64,000 nucleotides of DNA from an uncultured Candidatus Rokubacteria bacterium (GTDB taxonomy: Bacteria; Methylomirabilota; Methylomirabilia; Rokubacteriales; CSP1-6), in contig CAVYTA010000006.1 in NCBI GenBank assembly GCA_963771355.1, forward strand, positions 1,824,001-1,888,000, written 5' to 3'. Shown one piece after another: positions 38,451-47,760 of the stretch. Each line of letters starts with the position of its first letter. The stretch's first letter is position 1. The notes beneath the pieces are model-generated. The model saw only the letters and a list, made by a program, of their open reading frames with translations. It did not search any database and was not told the origin of the DNA. The position numbers and the translations under genes are program-made.

Positions 38451-39416
38451 ATGACGACTTCACGGGCGGCGGCGGCACGGACGGTCTCCTCGCGGCTTGA
38501 TACCCTGTGGGACTTCGACTACGAGCCCACCCACGCCGAGCTCGAATCGCTCTACGAGACGGCCAAGAAGAACCAGTGGAACGGGAGCATCGATCTGGAC
38601 TGGAGCCGTCCCATCGGCCAGGAAGGGCCAGTCCTCAACACCCATCTGGCCTTCTTGGGCACCGAGTTCTTCCCGCGCCTGTCCTCCGAGGAGCAGAAGG
38701 AGGTGGAGATCCGCGTATCGGCCTGGCGGCTCTCCCAGTTCCTCCACGGCGAGCAGGGCGCCCTCCTGGTGGCGAGCCAGCTCGTCAACCCTCTTCCCGA
38801 GCTGGACTGCAAGCTCTACGCGTCCACCCAGGTGGTGGACGAGGGGCGGCACGTGGAGGTGTTCGAGAGGTACGTGAAGAAGCTTCACAAGATCTATCCG
38901 GTGGATCCCCTCTTGAAGGGGCTCATCGACGAGATCCTCACCTCGGAGCACTGGGAGCTGAAGCTCCTCGGCATGCAGATGCTCATCGAGGGGCTGGCCA
39001 TCGCCGCCTTCAACGTCATGCACAAGCAAACGGGAGATCCCACCCTCGCCCAGCTCCTGGACTACGTGCTGCAGGACGAGGGCCGCCATGTGAACTTCGG
39101 CTACTTCGCGCTGAAGCGCGCCCTGCCCGACATGGACGGCGCCAAGCACGAGCTGCTGGAGGACTTCGCCCTGCGCGCCTGCGACTCGATGTTCGCCCGC
39201 GACGAGCGGACGGGCTTTCAGTCCATCCGGGGCGTCTGGAAGGAGATGGGCTGGGACGCCGATGCCATCTGGCGGGACACCATGACCAACTCGCAGACCG
39301 CCAAGGCCTTCAACCGCTTCCTCTTCACCGAGGTGCTGATCCCGCGCCTCAAGCGCCTCGGCCTCATCAGCTCCCGCGTCGAGACCCGCTACCGGGAGAT
39401 CGGTCTCCTCGACTAG
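38451..39416 (+). CDS. Ferritin-like diiron protein (AurF/aldehyde-decarbonylase-like)
   Basis: HGEQGAL, DEGRH, IEGLA and a second DEGRH: the diiron E...ExxH twice pattern. Confidence 0.85.
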   Translation: MTTSRAAAARTVSSRLDTLWDFDYEPTHAELESLYETAKKNQWNGSIDLDWSRPIGQEGPVLNTHLAFLGTEFFPRLSSEEQKEVEIRVSAWRLSQFLHGEQGALLVASQLVNPLPELDCKLYASTQVVDEGRHVEVFERYVKKLHKIYPVDPLLKGLIDEILTSEHWELKLLGMQMLIEGLAIAAFNVMHKQTGDPTLAQLLDYVLQDEGRHVNFGYFALKRALPDMDGAKHELLEDFALRACDSMFARDERTGFQSIRGVWKEMGWDADAIWRDTMTNSQTAKAFNRFLFTEVLIPRLKRLGLISSRVETRYREIGLLD

Positions 39417-39424
39417 CCGGTCCA

Positions 39425-39524
39425 CATACCCCGCTCGTCTCGCCTGCGGCTGCGCCTCGCCCCCCTCGCTCCGCTCGGGAACCATCTCCATATTCGCTCG
39501 TCTCGCCTTCGGCTGCGCCTCGCC
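39425..39524. repeat. REP-like dispersed repeat, copies 2 and 3 (direct)
   Basis: cataccccgctcgtctcgcctgcggctgcgcctcgcc (39425-39461) and catattcgctcgtctcgccttcggctgcgcctcgcc (39489-39524). Confidence 0.8.
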
Positions 39525-39533
39525 AAGCAGCGA

Positions 39534-39629
39534 CTAGGACGCGTAGAGGCGGAGTACCCCGTAGGCGAGGGTCCCCAGCACCAGCGCGCCCGCGATCAGG
39601 GTCAGCGCCACCTGCTGGGCCCGGCTCAT
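39534..39629 (-). CDS. 31-aa single-TM small protein
   Basis: MSRAQQVALTLIAGALVLGTLAYGVLRLYAS; ATGA overlap with the TRAP permease stop; upstream GGAG. Confidence 0.5.
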   Translation of the reverse strand: MSRAQQVALTLIAGALVLGTLAYGVLRLYAS

Positions 39630-41560
39630 CGCGCGGCTCCGATCAGGCCCTCGGGAGAGACATCGGGGCGCCGGAGCTTCTGCGAGGCGATCGCGATCGC
39701 GATCAACCCCAGCCCGAGCAGATCCGTGAGCAGGCGGGGATCGATGAGCAGGAGCGCCGCGGCCACGAAGAGCGCCCGCTCCAGCCAGGTCGCGCGCCGG
39801 AAGAGGTAGCCCTCCAGTCCCGCGGCGAGGAAGACCACGCCGACGCCCCCGCTCACCACGGCCTGGGTGATCTCGCCCCAGGAGCCCTGGAACAGCAGCG
39901 CCGGGTAGTAGACGAAGAAGAACGGCACGATGAAGCCCGCGGCGGCGAACCGCATGGCGTGCCAACCCGCCGCCCACACGCTGCAGCGGCTGATGGAGGC
40001 CGCCGCGTACACGGCCAGACACTCCGGCGGTGTCACCGCGGAGAGGCACCCGAAGTAGAACGCGAACATGTGGGCGGCCAGCGGCGGGACGCCCAGCTTG
40101 ATGAGGGCCGGGATGAGCAGCGCGGCCAGCATGATGTAGGCGGGGGTGGTGGGCAGCGCGGTACCGAGGATGATCGCCGCGAGCATGGTGATCACCAGCG
40201 CGAGGAACAGCGAGCCGCCCGCGAAATCCACCAGGAAGCTCGTGAAGCGGATGGCCAGGCCGGTCTGGAGGATGACCCCGATCATGATGCCGGCGGTGGC
40301 GGTGGCCATGGCCACCGGGACGGTCTGCTGCGCGCCGTCGCGGAACGCCTGGAGCGCCCTGCGCAAGGTGATGCGCGACTCCGCCCGGAACCAGGACACC
40401 ACCACCACCGAGGCGGTAGAGATGATGGCGGCGTAGGTGGCGGTGTAGCCCAGGAGCAAGAGCCAGAAGATCACCAGCACCGGCACCAGGAGATGCCCCT
40501 GGCGGCGCATGATCACGCCCATCTTCGGCAGCTCCGCCTTCGGGATCCCCTTGAGCCCGTTCCGCCCCGCGTTGAAGTGGATGGCCGCGAAGAGAGTCCC
40601 GTAGTAGAAGATCGCCGGGATCGCCGCCGCCAGCATGATGTGGGAGTAGGGGACGCCGAGGAACTCGGCCATCACGAACGAGGCCGCCCCCATCACCGGC
40701 GGCATGATCTGCCCGCCGGTGGACGCCACCGCCTCGATGGCCGCCGCCGCCTCCGGCTTGAAGCCGGTGCGCTTCATCATGGGAATGGTGAGCCAGCCGT
40801 CTACCATGACGTTCGCCACCGCGGAGCCGGAGATGGTCCCGAACATGCTCGAGGACACCACCGAGACCTTGCCGGGCCCCCCGCGCTGGCCGCCCGCGAT
40901 GGAGTTGGCGAAGTTCATGAAGAACTGCCCCGCGCCCGATTGCTCGAGGAAGGCGCCGAAGATGATGAACAGGATCACGTAGGAGGCGGCCACCCCCAGC
41001 GGAATCCCGAACAGACCCTCGGTGGTGAAGAACGTCTGGTCGATGAGGATCTCGTAGGTGAGCCCCTTGTGCCGGAGGGGCCCGGGCAGCCAGGGCCCGC
41101 CCAGCGCATAGGCGATGAAGAGCAAGGCCAGGATGGGCAGGGCGATTCCGAGCGTGCGCCGGGTGGCCTCCAGCACGAGGAGCACGGTGACGGTGCCCAC
41201 CACGATGTCCATGACGGCCAGCGGATGCGCGGTGGGAAAGCGCTGGGTGATGTAGTCGTAGTAGACGAACACGTAGGCGAGGCAGGCGAGGGACAGCGCG
41301 GCGAGCCCCAGGTCGATCCACGGGATGGTGGTGGGCGCGTCATCCTGGGGTCCCAGCCGCGTGCCGTCCTCGTCGAGCGGGGCGGACGTCTTGAACGGGA
41401 AGAGCAGGAACGCGAGAACGAGGCAGAACGCCAGCGCGATGATCCTGAGGACGAGGCCGTCGGGCGCGGCGGGGGTGAGGCGCGCATAGACGAAGTAGAG
41501 GGACATGACGACCCCCACCACGCCCACCACGAGCGCCGCGTAGCCGGCGAGCTTGCGCAC
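39626..41560 (-). CDS. TAXI-TRAP transporter fused 4TM/12TM permease
   Basis: EGLFGIP, GGPGKVSV, SGSAVAN and ASTGGQIMPPVMGAA motifs. Confidence 0.95.
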   Translation of the reverse strand: MRKLAGYAALVVGVVGVVMSLYFVYARLTPAAPDGLVLRIIALAFCLVLAFLLFPFKTSAPLDEDGTRLGPQDDAPTTIPWIDLGLAALSLACLAYVFVYYDYITQRFPTAHPLAVMDIVVGTVTVLLVLEATRRTLGIALPILALLFIAYALGGPWLPGPLRHKGLTYEILIDQTFFTTEGLFGIPLGVAASYVILFIIFGAFLEQSGAGQFFMNFANSIAGGQRGGPGKVSVVSSSMFGTISGSAVANVMVDGWLTIPMMKRTGFKPEAAAAIEAVASTGGQIMPPVMGAASFVMAEFLGVPYSHIMLAAAIPAIFYYGTLFAAIHFNAGRNGLKGIPKAELPKMGVIMRRQGHLLVPVLVIFWLLLLGYTATYAAIISTASVVVVSWFRAESRITLRRALQAFRDGAQQTVPVAMATATAGIMIGVILQTGLAIRFTSFLVDFAGGSLFLALVITMLAAIILGTALPTTPAYIMLAALLIPALIKLGVPPLAAHMFAFYFGCLSAVTPPECLAVYAAASISRCSVWAAGWHAMRFAAAGFIVPFFFVYYPALLFQGSWGEITQAVVSGGVGVVFLAAGLEGYLFRRATWLERALFVAAALLLIDPRLLTDLLGLGLIAIAIASQKLRRPDVSPEGLIGAAR

Positions 41561-41569
41561 GAGCGGCGG

Positions 41570-42556
41570 CTACTTCGCCAGTCCGGCCTCCTTGAAGTAC
41601 TTCTCCGCCCCGGGATGGATGGGCATGCCGTGGCTCTCCGCCATCTGCTTGGGAGTGACGCCCTTCATGGCCGCGGTGACGCGCCCGAAGTCCTCGCGCC
41701 CTTCGACGATGGCCTTGGTGATCTTGTACACGACGTCGGCCGGCGTCTTGGCATGCGCGATGAGGATGGTGGGGGACTGGAAGGTGACCACGTCCTCTTC
41801 GATGCCGTAGGAGCCGTAGGTGGCCTTGGGGATGACGTGGCGCACGAAGCCGGGATTGATCTGGCGGAGCTTCTCGAGAACGTCGTCGGGCACCGACACC
41901 ATGCGGAGCTTGAGCGAGGTGCCGAGATCGAGCATGAACGCGGCGGGCACGGTGGTGAACCAGCCCATGGCGATGGCTTGCCGGTTGCGGATGGCCTCGG
42001 CGTTCTCGGTGATGGAGCCGTAGCTCTTGGTGCCGAGATCCTCGAGCTTCATCCCGTACGCGCGCAGCAGCAGCTCCCAGCCCTCGGCCAGGCTGGTGTT
42101 CCCCCGCGGGGGCAGCGCCACCGCCTTGCCCTTGAGGTCGGGGAACTTGAGGATGTCGGCCGAGGCCGGCGCCACCAGCTGCCAGACGTTGGGATAGTAG
42201 TTGGCCACGAAGAGCGGCTTGTCGGTCTGCTTACCCTTCCAGGAGTTGGTGCCGGCCCGCGCGTCCGAGAGCACGGTGGTCATGGACCAGCCCAGATCGG
42301 TCTTGTCGTTGCGCATCTTCTCCATGTTCACCAGCGCGGCGCCGGGCTCCACCTGCACATCGATCTCGGGGAACTTCCGCTTGATCACCTCGGCGGTGGC
42401 GGCGGCCATCGGCGTCCAGCTCCCGCCGGTGGGGCCGGCGGAGAAGACGAGGTTGACCTTGTTCTGGGCGGCGGCGGGCGCCGGTACCCCCGCGAGGAGC
42501 ACGAGGGCGGCGGCCACCAGCGAGTACATACGCACGCAAACCTTCAGATCCAGCAT
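41570..42556 (-). CDS. TAXI family TRAP substrate-binding protein
   Basis: Signal peptide; AGPTGGSW and PIHPGAEKYFKE motifs. Confidence 0.93.
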   Translation of the reverse strand: MLDLKVCVRMYSLVAAALVLLAGVPAPAAAQNKVNLVFSAGPTGGSWTPMAAATAEVIKRKFPEIDVQVEPGAALVNMEKMRNDKTDLGWSMTTVLSDARAGTNSWKGKQTDKPLFVANYYPNVWQLVAPASADILKFPDLKGKAVALPPRGNTSLAEGWELLLRAYGMKLEDLGTKSYGSITENAEAIRNRQAIAMGWFTTVPAAFMLDLGTSLKLRMVSVPDDVLEKLRQINPGFVRHVIPKATYGSYGIEEDVVTFQSPTILIAHAKTPADVVYKITKAIVEGREDFGRVTAAMKGVTPKQMAESHGMPIHPGAEKYFKEAGLAK

Positions 42557-42587
42557 GAGCGAACCCCCTTGTTCACGAGTGAGAACG

Positions 42588-43841
42588 TCAGTGAGCGAGC
42601 AGCGGCGCGATCCGGCCGCCGGCGTCGAAGCCGAGCGGGCGCGCCTCGCCCACGACCTCGAGGTCGGGGCGCTTGGCAATGTCGGGCAGGAAGGCTTCGG
42701 AGCATTCGATCTCGCCGAGCACGAGGGTGTTCTTGATCCGGATCACCCGGGCTTGCTCGGGCGCGGTGAGGCCGATGCAGGACAGCGCGGTCTCCACCGC
42801 CTCGCGGTCGGAGTCGAAGGTGGCCGGAATCTTCGCCCCATTGGGCGTGCAGGCGGTGATGCAGTTGATCAGCGTCGGCTTCATGTCGATCTTGTCCACC
42901 AGCCGGCGCGTGGCGAAGTCCGCGTTGCCGATGCCGGTGGCGTTCCCGGAGCTGTCGTCGGTGAGATCGAGCGCCACGATCCAGAGGATCCTGGGATCAT
43001 TGGGAAACGGCTCGTGCGGGTTGGAGGGCCGCCCGATCACGTTGGTGTCCATCCCCGCTCCCGAGATGTTCTTGCCCATCTCCTCCACCACCAGGACGTC
43101 GATGGGCGAAAAGGGCAGGCGCGCCATCCACTCCCGCGCCTCCTTCAGCAGGCGCCGCTCCCCCGCCTCGAGGTCCGCGGCGGGGAAGGCCTCCACCTTG
43201 GCGGTCTCGTCGTAGCCATTCTCGACGATGCCCAGCCCGAAGCCGATGCGGGCCTTGGCCAGCACCTCGCGGCCCACCGCGGTGATGACGGTCTCGTAGC
43301 CGTGGGTGACGTTGGCGCGATGGTACTGGGTGGCGCCCTTGAGCTTGCCCAGCCCGATGGTCATCATCTTGAAGAGCCCGGACTCGATGGAACCCTTGAA
43401 GTCGGTGTGCGGCTTGACGCGGTTCACGAGACCGATCCAGTCCGCCTCGCTGGCCACGCGGTCCACCCAGACCGGCAGGTCGAGCGCCTGCCCGATCTGC
43501 ACGACCTCCATGGAGGCTCGGAGCTCGCAGCCCATGGTGGGCTCGGTGATGCCGTAGTGCGCCAGGACGTCGAGCTGCCCCTCCGCGGTGGCGCCCCCGT
43601 GGCTGCCCATGGCGGGGAAGACGAAGGGGTGGGCACCGATATTCTTGAGATGGTCCACGGTGGCCCGCACGATGGTCGCGATGTTCGCGATACCCCGGCT
43701 GCCCGCGCCCACCGCGACCGTATCGCCGCGCCGTATCGGGAGGGGGGCGCCGGCGAGCGCCGATCGGACGGCCCCGGGGATATCCGCCAATCGGGGACCC
43801 GTGAAGGATTGGCGCACCTTTACCATCCTGGGGAGGGCCAT
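42588..43841 (-). CDS. Lactate racemase (LarA)-like / DUF362-type protein
   Basis: GSRGIANI, PAMGSHGGAT, NRVKPHTDF, SGLFKMMTIGLGK and GKNISGAGMD motifs. Confidence 0.8.
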   Translation of the reverse strand: MALPRMVKVRQSFTGPRLADIPGAVRSALAGAPLPIRRGDTVAVGAGSRGIANIATIVRATVDHLKNIGAHPFVFPAMGSHGGATAEGQLDVLAHYGITEPTMGCELRASMEVVQIGQALDLPVWVDRVASEADWIGLVNRVKPHTDFKGSIESGLFKMMTIGLGKLKGATQYHRANVTHGYETVITAVGREVLAKARIGFGLGIVENGYDETAKVEAFPAADLEAGERRLLKEAREWMARLPFSPIDVLVVEEMGKNISGAGMDTNVIGRPSNPHEPFPNDPRILWIVALDLTDDSSGNATGIGNADFATRRLVDKIDMKPTLINCITACTPNGAKIPATFDSDREAVETALSCIGLTAPEQARVIRIKNTLVLGEIECSEAFLPDIAKRPDLEVVGEARPLGFDAGGRIAPLLAH

Positions 43842-43849
43842 CGCGGGCG

Positions 43850-43878
43850 ATCTTACGCAAGGGGGGGGAGCCTGTCAA
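43850..43878 (-). promoter_or_regulatory. Sigma70 promoter for the LarA-like/TAXI-TRAP operon
   Basis: TTGACA-N17-TAAGAT, 8 nt before ATG 43841. Confidence 0.7.
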
Positions 43879-43883
43879 TGTCC

Positions 43884-43912
43884 TTGACTTTGCAGAGGTC
43901 TGACCTTACCTT
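43884..43912 (+). promoter_or_regulatory. Sigma70 promoter for the bamD operon
   Basis: TTGACT-N17-TACCTT. Confidence 0.55.
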
Positions 43913-43922
43913 TCACGCACAA

Positions 43923-44708
43923 ATGCACGCCCCGTTCCGAATGTTCCCGGTCGCAGTCCTCTCCCTGACGCTGCTGCTCGGAGGCTGTTCCTCCGTCGGT
44001 GGATGGGTGGCGGACCTCTTCAAGACTCCGCCGACGCCGCTGCCCCCGGCCGCCGAGCTCTACGCGACGGGCGAGCTCGAGATGACCAAGAAGCGGTATG
44101 AGGACGCGCGCCTGCCGTTCCGCAAAGTGGTGGAGCGGCACCCGCAGTCCAGCTACGCCCCGCGGGCACGCTTCCTCATCGGCGAGGCCTATTACCGCGA
44201 GGGTGAGTTCGACAAGGCCATCAAGGAGTTCGAGTCCTTCCTCGCCTTCTTCCCCCGCCACGAGATCTCCGACCTGGTCCAGTACCGGCTCGCCATGAGC
44301 TACTACGACCAGATGAAGCCGGTGGAGCAGGACCAGTCCATCACCGCGAAGGCGGGCGATCAGTTCCGCAAGCTGGTGCGGGAGTACCCGGACAGCCGCT
44401 ACGCCTCGGACGCACTTTCCAAGATCGAGATCTGCCGCGGCCGGCTCGCTCAGAAGGAGCTGTGGATCGCCGCCTACTACATCAACCAGGGCAATGCGCC
44501 GGCGGCACGTCAGCGTCTCGAGCTCGTGCTGCGGGAATATTCGCGCACGCTGGTGGTGCCGGAGGCGCTCTACCGCTTGGCCGACGTGGACACCCAGGAA
44601 GGCCGCCACCAGGACGCCCGCGGCCGGCTGGAGCGCCTGGCCAACGAGTTCCCCTACACGGAATGGGGGCGGCGCGCGGCGCAGCGCCTCCGGACCGCCG
44701 CGAGGTAG
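43923..44708 (+). CDS. bamD: Outer membrane protein assembly factor BamD
   Basis: Lipobox LLGGC; TPR repeats with FLAFFPRHE, YPDSRYA and LAQKELWIAAYY motifs. Confidence 0.9.
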   Translation: MHAPFRMFPVAVLSLTLLLGGCSSVGGWVADLFKTPPTPLPPAAELYATGELEMTKKRYEDARLPFRKVVERHPQSSYAPRARFLIGEAYYREGEFDKAIKEFESFLAFFPRHEISDLVQYRLAMSYYDQMKPVEQDQSITAKAGDQFRKLVREYPDSRYASDALSKIEICRGRLAQKELWIAAYYINQGNAPAARQRLELVLREYSRTLVVPEALYRLADVDTQEGRHQDARGRLERLANEFPYTEWGRRAAQRLRTAAR

Positions 44709-44713
44709 CCCGG

Positions 44714-45754
44714 ATGCACGACATCGTCGAGCTGCGATCGGACACGTTCACGCTCCCCAGCCCGGCGATGCGCGAGGCCATGGCGCAGGCCCAGGTCGGC
44801 GACGACGTGTGGGAGGAAGATCCCACCGTCCAGCGCCTCGAGGCGCTGGCGGCCCGGCGGACGGGGAAGGAGGCCGGACTCTTTGTGGCTTCCGGGACCC
44901 AGGGCAACCTCGTTTCCATCCTCGCGCAGACCGAGCCCGGCCAGGAGATCCTCCTCGACGCCGATTGCCACGTGTTCGGCTCGGAGGTGGGCGGCGCGGC
45001 GCGACTGGGCGGGCTGCAGACCCGCGCGCTCGTCACCGAGCGTGGCTTCCTCACCCCGGCCCAGGTGCGCGACTCCGTCCGCCCCAGCAATATCCACCTG
45101 CCCGTCACCGGCCTCGTCTGCATCGAGAACACGCACAATCGCCACGGGGGCACCTGCTGCACCCCCGAGGAGATCGCCGCGCTGGCGACGGCCGCCCATG
45201 CCGCCGGCGTGCCCGTGCACCTGGACGGCGCCCGCATCTTCAACGCCGCGGTGGCGCACAAACGCCCGGTGGACGACTTCACCCGGCCGGTGGACTCTCT
45301 CACCTTCTGCCTGTCCAAGGGCCTGGGGGCGCCGGTGGGATCGGTCATCTGCGGCCGGCGCGACTTCATCGCGCGGGCCCGGCGTGTGCGCAAGATGATC
45401 GGGGGCGGGATGCGGCAGGCGGGCGTGCTCGCCGCCGCCGGGATCGTGGCCCTCGAGACCATGGTGGAGCGGCTCGCCGAGGATCACGCCCACGCGCGCC
45501 GGCTCGCCGAAGGGCTCACCACCCTCCCCGGGCTCCGCGTCGATCTGGCCACGGTGGAGACCAACATCGTCCGTTTCCAGATGACCAGCGCCGAGCGCGC
45601 GACCGAGCTCGTCACCGGCTGCCTCGCCCGGAAAGTCAAGGTCCATCACGCGGGCCCGGCCGCGATCCGGTGTGTCACCCACAAGGACGTGGACGCCGAG
45701 GACATCGACCGCGCCCTGGACGCGTTTCGGGAGATCACCGCCGCCTGGCGCTGA
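44714..45754 (+). CDS. ltaE: Low-specificity L-threonine aldolase
   Basis: [32 protein letters not shown] and GGGMRQAG motifs. Confidence 0.95.
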   Translation: MHDIVELRSDTFTLPSPAMREAMAQAQVGDDVWEEDPTVQRLEALAARRTGKEAGLFVASGTQGNLVSILAQTEPGQEILLDADCHVFGSEVGGAARLGGLQTRALVTERGFLTPAQVRDSVRPSNIHLPVTGLVCIENTHNRHGGTCCTPEEIAALATAAHAAGVPVHLDGARIFNAAVAHKRPVDDFTRPVDSLTFCLSKGLGAPVGSVICGRRDFIARARRVRKMIGGGMRQAGVLAAAGIVALETMVERLAEDHAHARRLAEGLTTLPGLRVDLATVETNIVRFQMTSAERATELVTGCLARKVKVHHAGPAAIRCVTHKDVDAEDIDRALDAFREITAAWR

Positions 45755-45767
45755 GAGGACATCGCAC

Positions 45768-46745
45768 ATGGCCGAGCGTCTACTCGAAGTCAAGAACCTC
45801 AAGACGTACTTCTTCACGGACGAGGGCACCGTCCGCGCCGTGGATGGCGTGGACCTGCACATCGACAAGAGCGAGACGCTCGGCGTGGTCGGCGAGTCCG
45901 GCTGCGGCAAGTCCGTGACCGCGCTCAGCGTGATGAAGCTGATCCCGCAGCCCCCCGGCAAGATCGTGGAGGGCCAGATCCTCTACGACGGCCGGAACCT
46001 CGTGGACCTGCCGGCCAGTCAGATGCGGAAGATCCGGGGCAAAGAAATCTCGATGATCTTCCAGGAGCCCATGACCTCGCTCAACCCCGTGTTCACCTGC
46101 GGGGAGCAGATCGCGGAGGCCCTGCGGCTGCACGAGGGCCTGGGCCGCCGGGACGCCATGGACAAGACCGTCGAGATGCTCAAGCTCGTCCACATCCCCA
46201 ACGCGGAGCGGCGCGTGAAGGAGTATCCGCACCAGCTCTCCGGCGGCATGCGGCAGCGCATCATGATCGCGATGGCGCTGTCCTGCAATCCAAAGCTCCT
46301 CATCGCCGACGAGCCCACCACCGCGCTGGACGTGACCATCCAGGCCCAGATCCTGGATCTCCTCAACGAGCTCAAGTCGCGATTGAAGATGGCGATCATG
46401 CTCATCACCCATGACATGGGCGTCATCGCGGAAACGGCGCAGCGCGTGGTGGTGATGTACGCGGCCAAGGTAGCCGAGGAAGCCTCGGTGGCGGACCTCT
46501 TCAAGGAACCGCTGCACCCGTACACCCAAGGCCTCTTGCGATCGATCCCCAGGATCGACCTCGCCGCCACCGAGCGGCGCCGGCTCGAAGTGATCGGCGG
46601 CACCGTCCCGACCCTGCGCGGCGACATCGCCCCCGGCTGCCGGTTCGCGCCCCGGTGCCCCTTCGTCAAGCCCGTGTGCACCGAGAAGGACCCGGTGCTC
46701 AAGGAAGTCAAGCCCGGGCACAAGGTCTCCTGCTGGCTGTACTGA
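45768..46745 (+). CDS. Oligopeptide/dipeptide ABC ATPase (OppD/DppD-like)
   Basis: [20 protein letters not shown] and C-terminal GCRFAPRC Fe-S motif. Confidence 0.95.
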   Translation: MAERLLEVKNLKTYFFTDEGTVRAVDGVDLHIDKSETLGVVGESGCGKSVTALSVMKLIPQPPGKIVEGQILYDGRNLVDLPASQMRKIRGKEISMIFQEPMTSLNPVFTCGEQIAEALRLHEGLGRRDAMDKTVEMLKLVHIPNAERRVKEYPHQLSGGMRQRIMIAMALSCNPKLLIADEPTTALDVTIQAQILDLLNELKSRLKMAIMLITHDMGVIAETAQRVVVMYAAKVAEEASVADLFKEPLHPYTQGLLRSIPRIDLAATERRRLEVIGGTVPTLRGDIAPGCRFAPRCPFVKPVCTEKDPVLKEVKPGHKVSCWLY

Positions 46746-46759
46746 GAGGAACGCACGCC

Positions 46760-47734
46760 ATGGCTGAGACGCCGCTCCTCCGAGTCAAGAATCTCAAGAA
46801 GTACTTCCCCATCCGCGGGGGCCTGTTCTCGCGCGAAGTCGCCCGCGTCCACGCGGTGGACGACATCTCCATGGAGATCCTCAAGGGCGAGACCTTGGGC
46901 CTCGTGGGCGAGTCGGGCTGCGGCAAGTCCACCACCGGGCGCTGCATCCTCCGCCTCATCGAGCCCACCGCGGGCGAGGTGTGGTTCGAGGACAAGAACG
47001 TCACCACCCTGGACAAGCGGTCCCTCCGCCACCTGCGGCGGGACATGCAGATCATCTTCCAGGACCCCTACGCGTCGCTGAACCCGCGCATGACGGTGGG
47101 CTCGATCATCGGGGAGGCCCTGGTCATCCACAAGCTCGCCAAGTCGCGGCGCGAGCGAGAGGAGCGGGTCGTCCATCTGCTGGAGACGGTGGGCCTCGGC
47201 GCCGACCACCTCCGCCGATACCCCCATGAGTTCTCCGGCGGTCAGCGCCAGCGGATCGGCATCGCGCGCGCGCTGGCGGTGAATCCCAAGCTCATCGTCT
47301 GCGACGAGCCGGTGTCGGCGCTGGACGTGTCCATCCAGGCCCAGGTCATCAACCTCCTGGAGGACCTCCAGAAGCAGTTCAACCTGACCTACCTCTTCAT
47401 CGCCCACGACCTCTCCGTGGTCGAGCACATCTCCACGCGGGTGGCGGTGATGTATCTCGGCAAGATCGTCGAGATCGCGCCCGCCAAGGAGCTCTACAAC
47501 AACCCGAAGCACCCCTACACCGAGGCGCTGCTCTCCGCGGTGCCCATCCCCGACCCGCAGGTGAAGCGCAAGCGCATCCTGCTGGAGGGCGACGTGCCCA
47601 GCCCCATCAAGCCCCCTTCCGGCTGCCGCTTCCACACCCGCTGCGCCATCCGGGTGCCGTCCTGCTCGGAGAACGAGCAGGTGCTGAAGCAGATCTCGCC
47701 CGGCCACTGGGTGGCCTGCCAGGTCCGCGCCTGA
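46760..47734 (+). CDS. Oligopeptide/dipeptide ABC ATPase (OppF/DppF-like)
   Basis: [21 protein letters not shown] and GCRFHTRC motifs. Confidence 0.95.
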   Translation: MAETPLLRVKNLKKYFPIRGGLFSREVARVHAVDDISMEILKGETLGLVGESGCGKSTTGRCILRLIEPTAGEVWFEDKNVTTLDKRSLRHLRRDMQIIFQDPYASLNPRMTVGSIIGEALVIHKLAKSRREREERVVHLLETVGLGADHLRRYPHEFSGGQRQRIGIARALAVNPKLIVCDEPVSALDVSIQAQVINLLEDLQKQFNLTYLFIAHDLSVVEHISTRVAVMYLGKIVEIAPAKELYNNPKHPYTEALLSAVPIPDPQVKRKRILLEGDVPSPIKPPSGCRFHTRCAIRVPSCSENEQVLKQISPGHWVACQVRA

Positions 47735-47760
47735 TCGACTGGTCGGGCATCTTTCACATC

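Noticed and set aside
39425..39524. Mini CRISPR array (36-bp repeats, 27-bp spacer)
   Set aside because: Only two imperfect copies, a third dispersed elsewhere, and no cas genes or leader; REP-like is a better fit.
38507..42736. 1409-aa plus-strand ORF and other long ORFs (16140..18470, 25812..27677, 21160..22632 etc.)
   Set aside because: Antisense or off-frame shadows of well-supported genes, expected in high-GC DNA; no family motifs.
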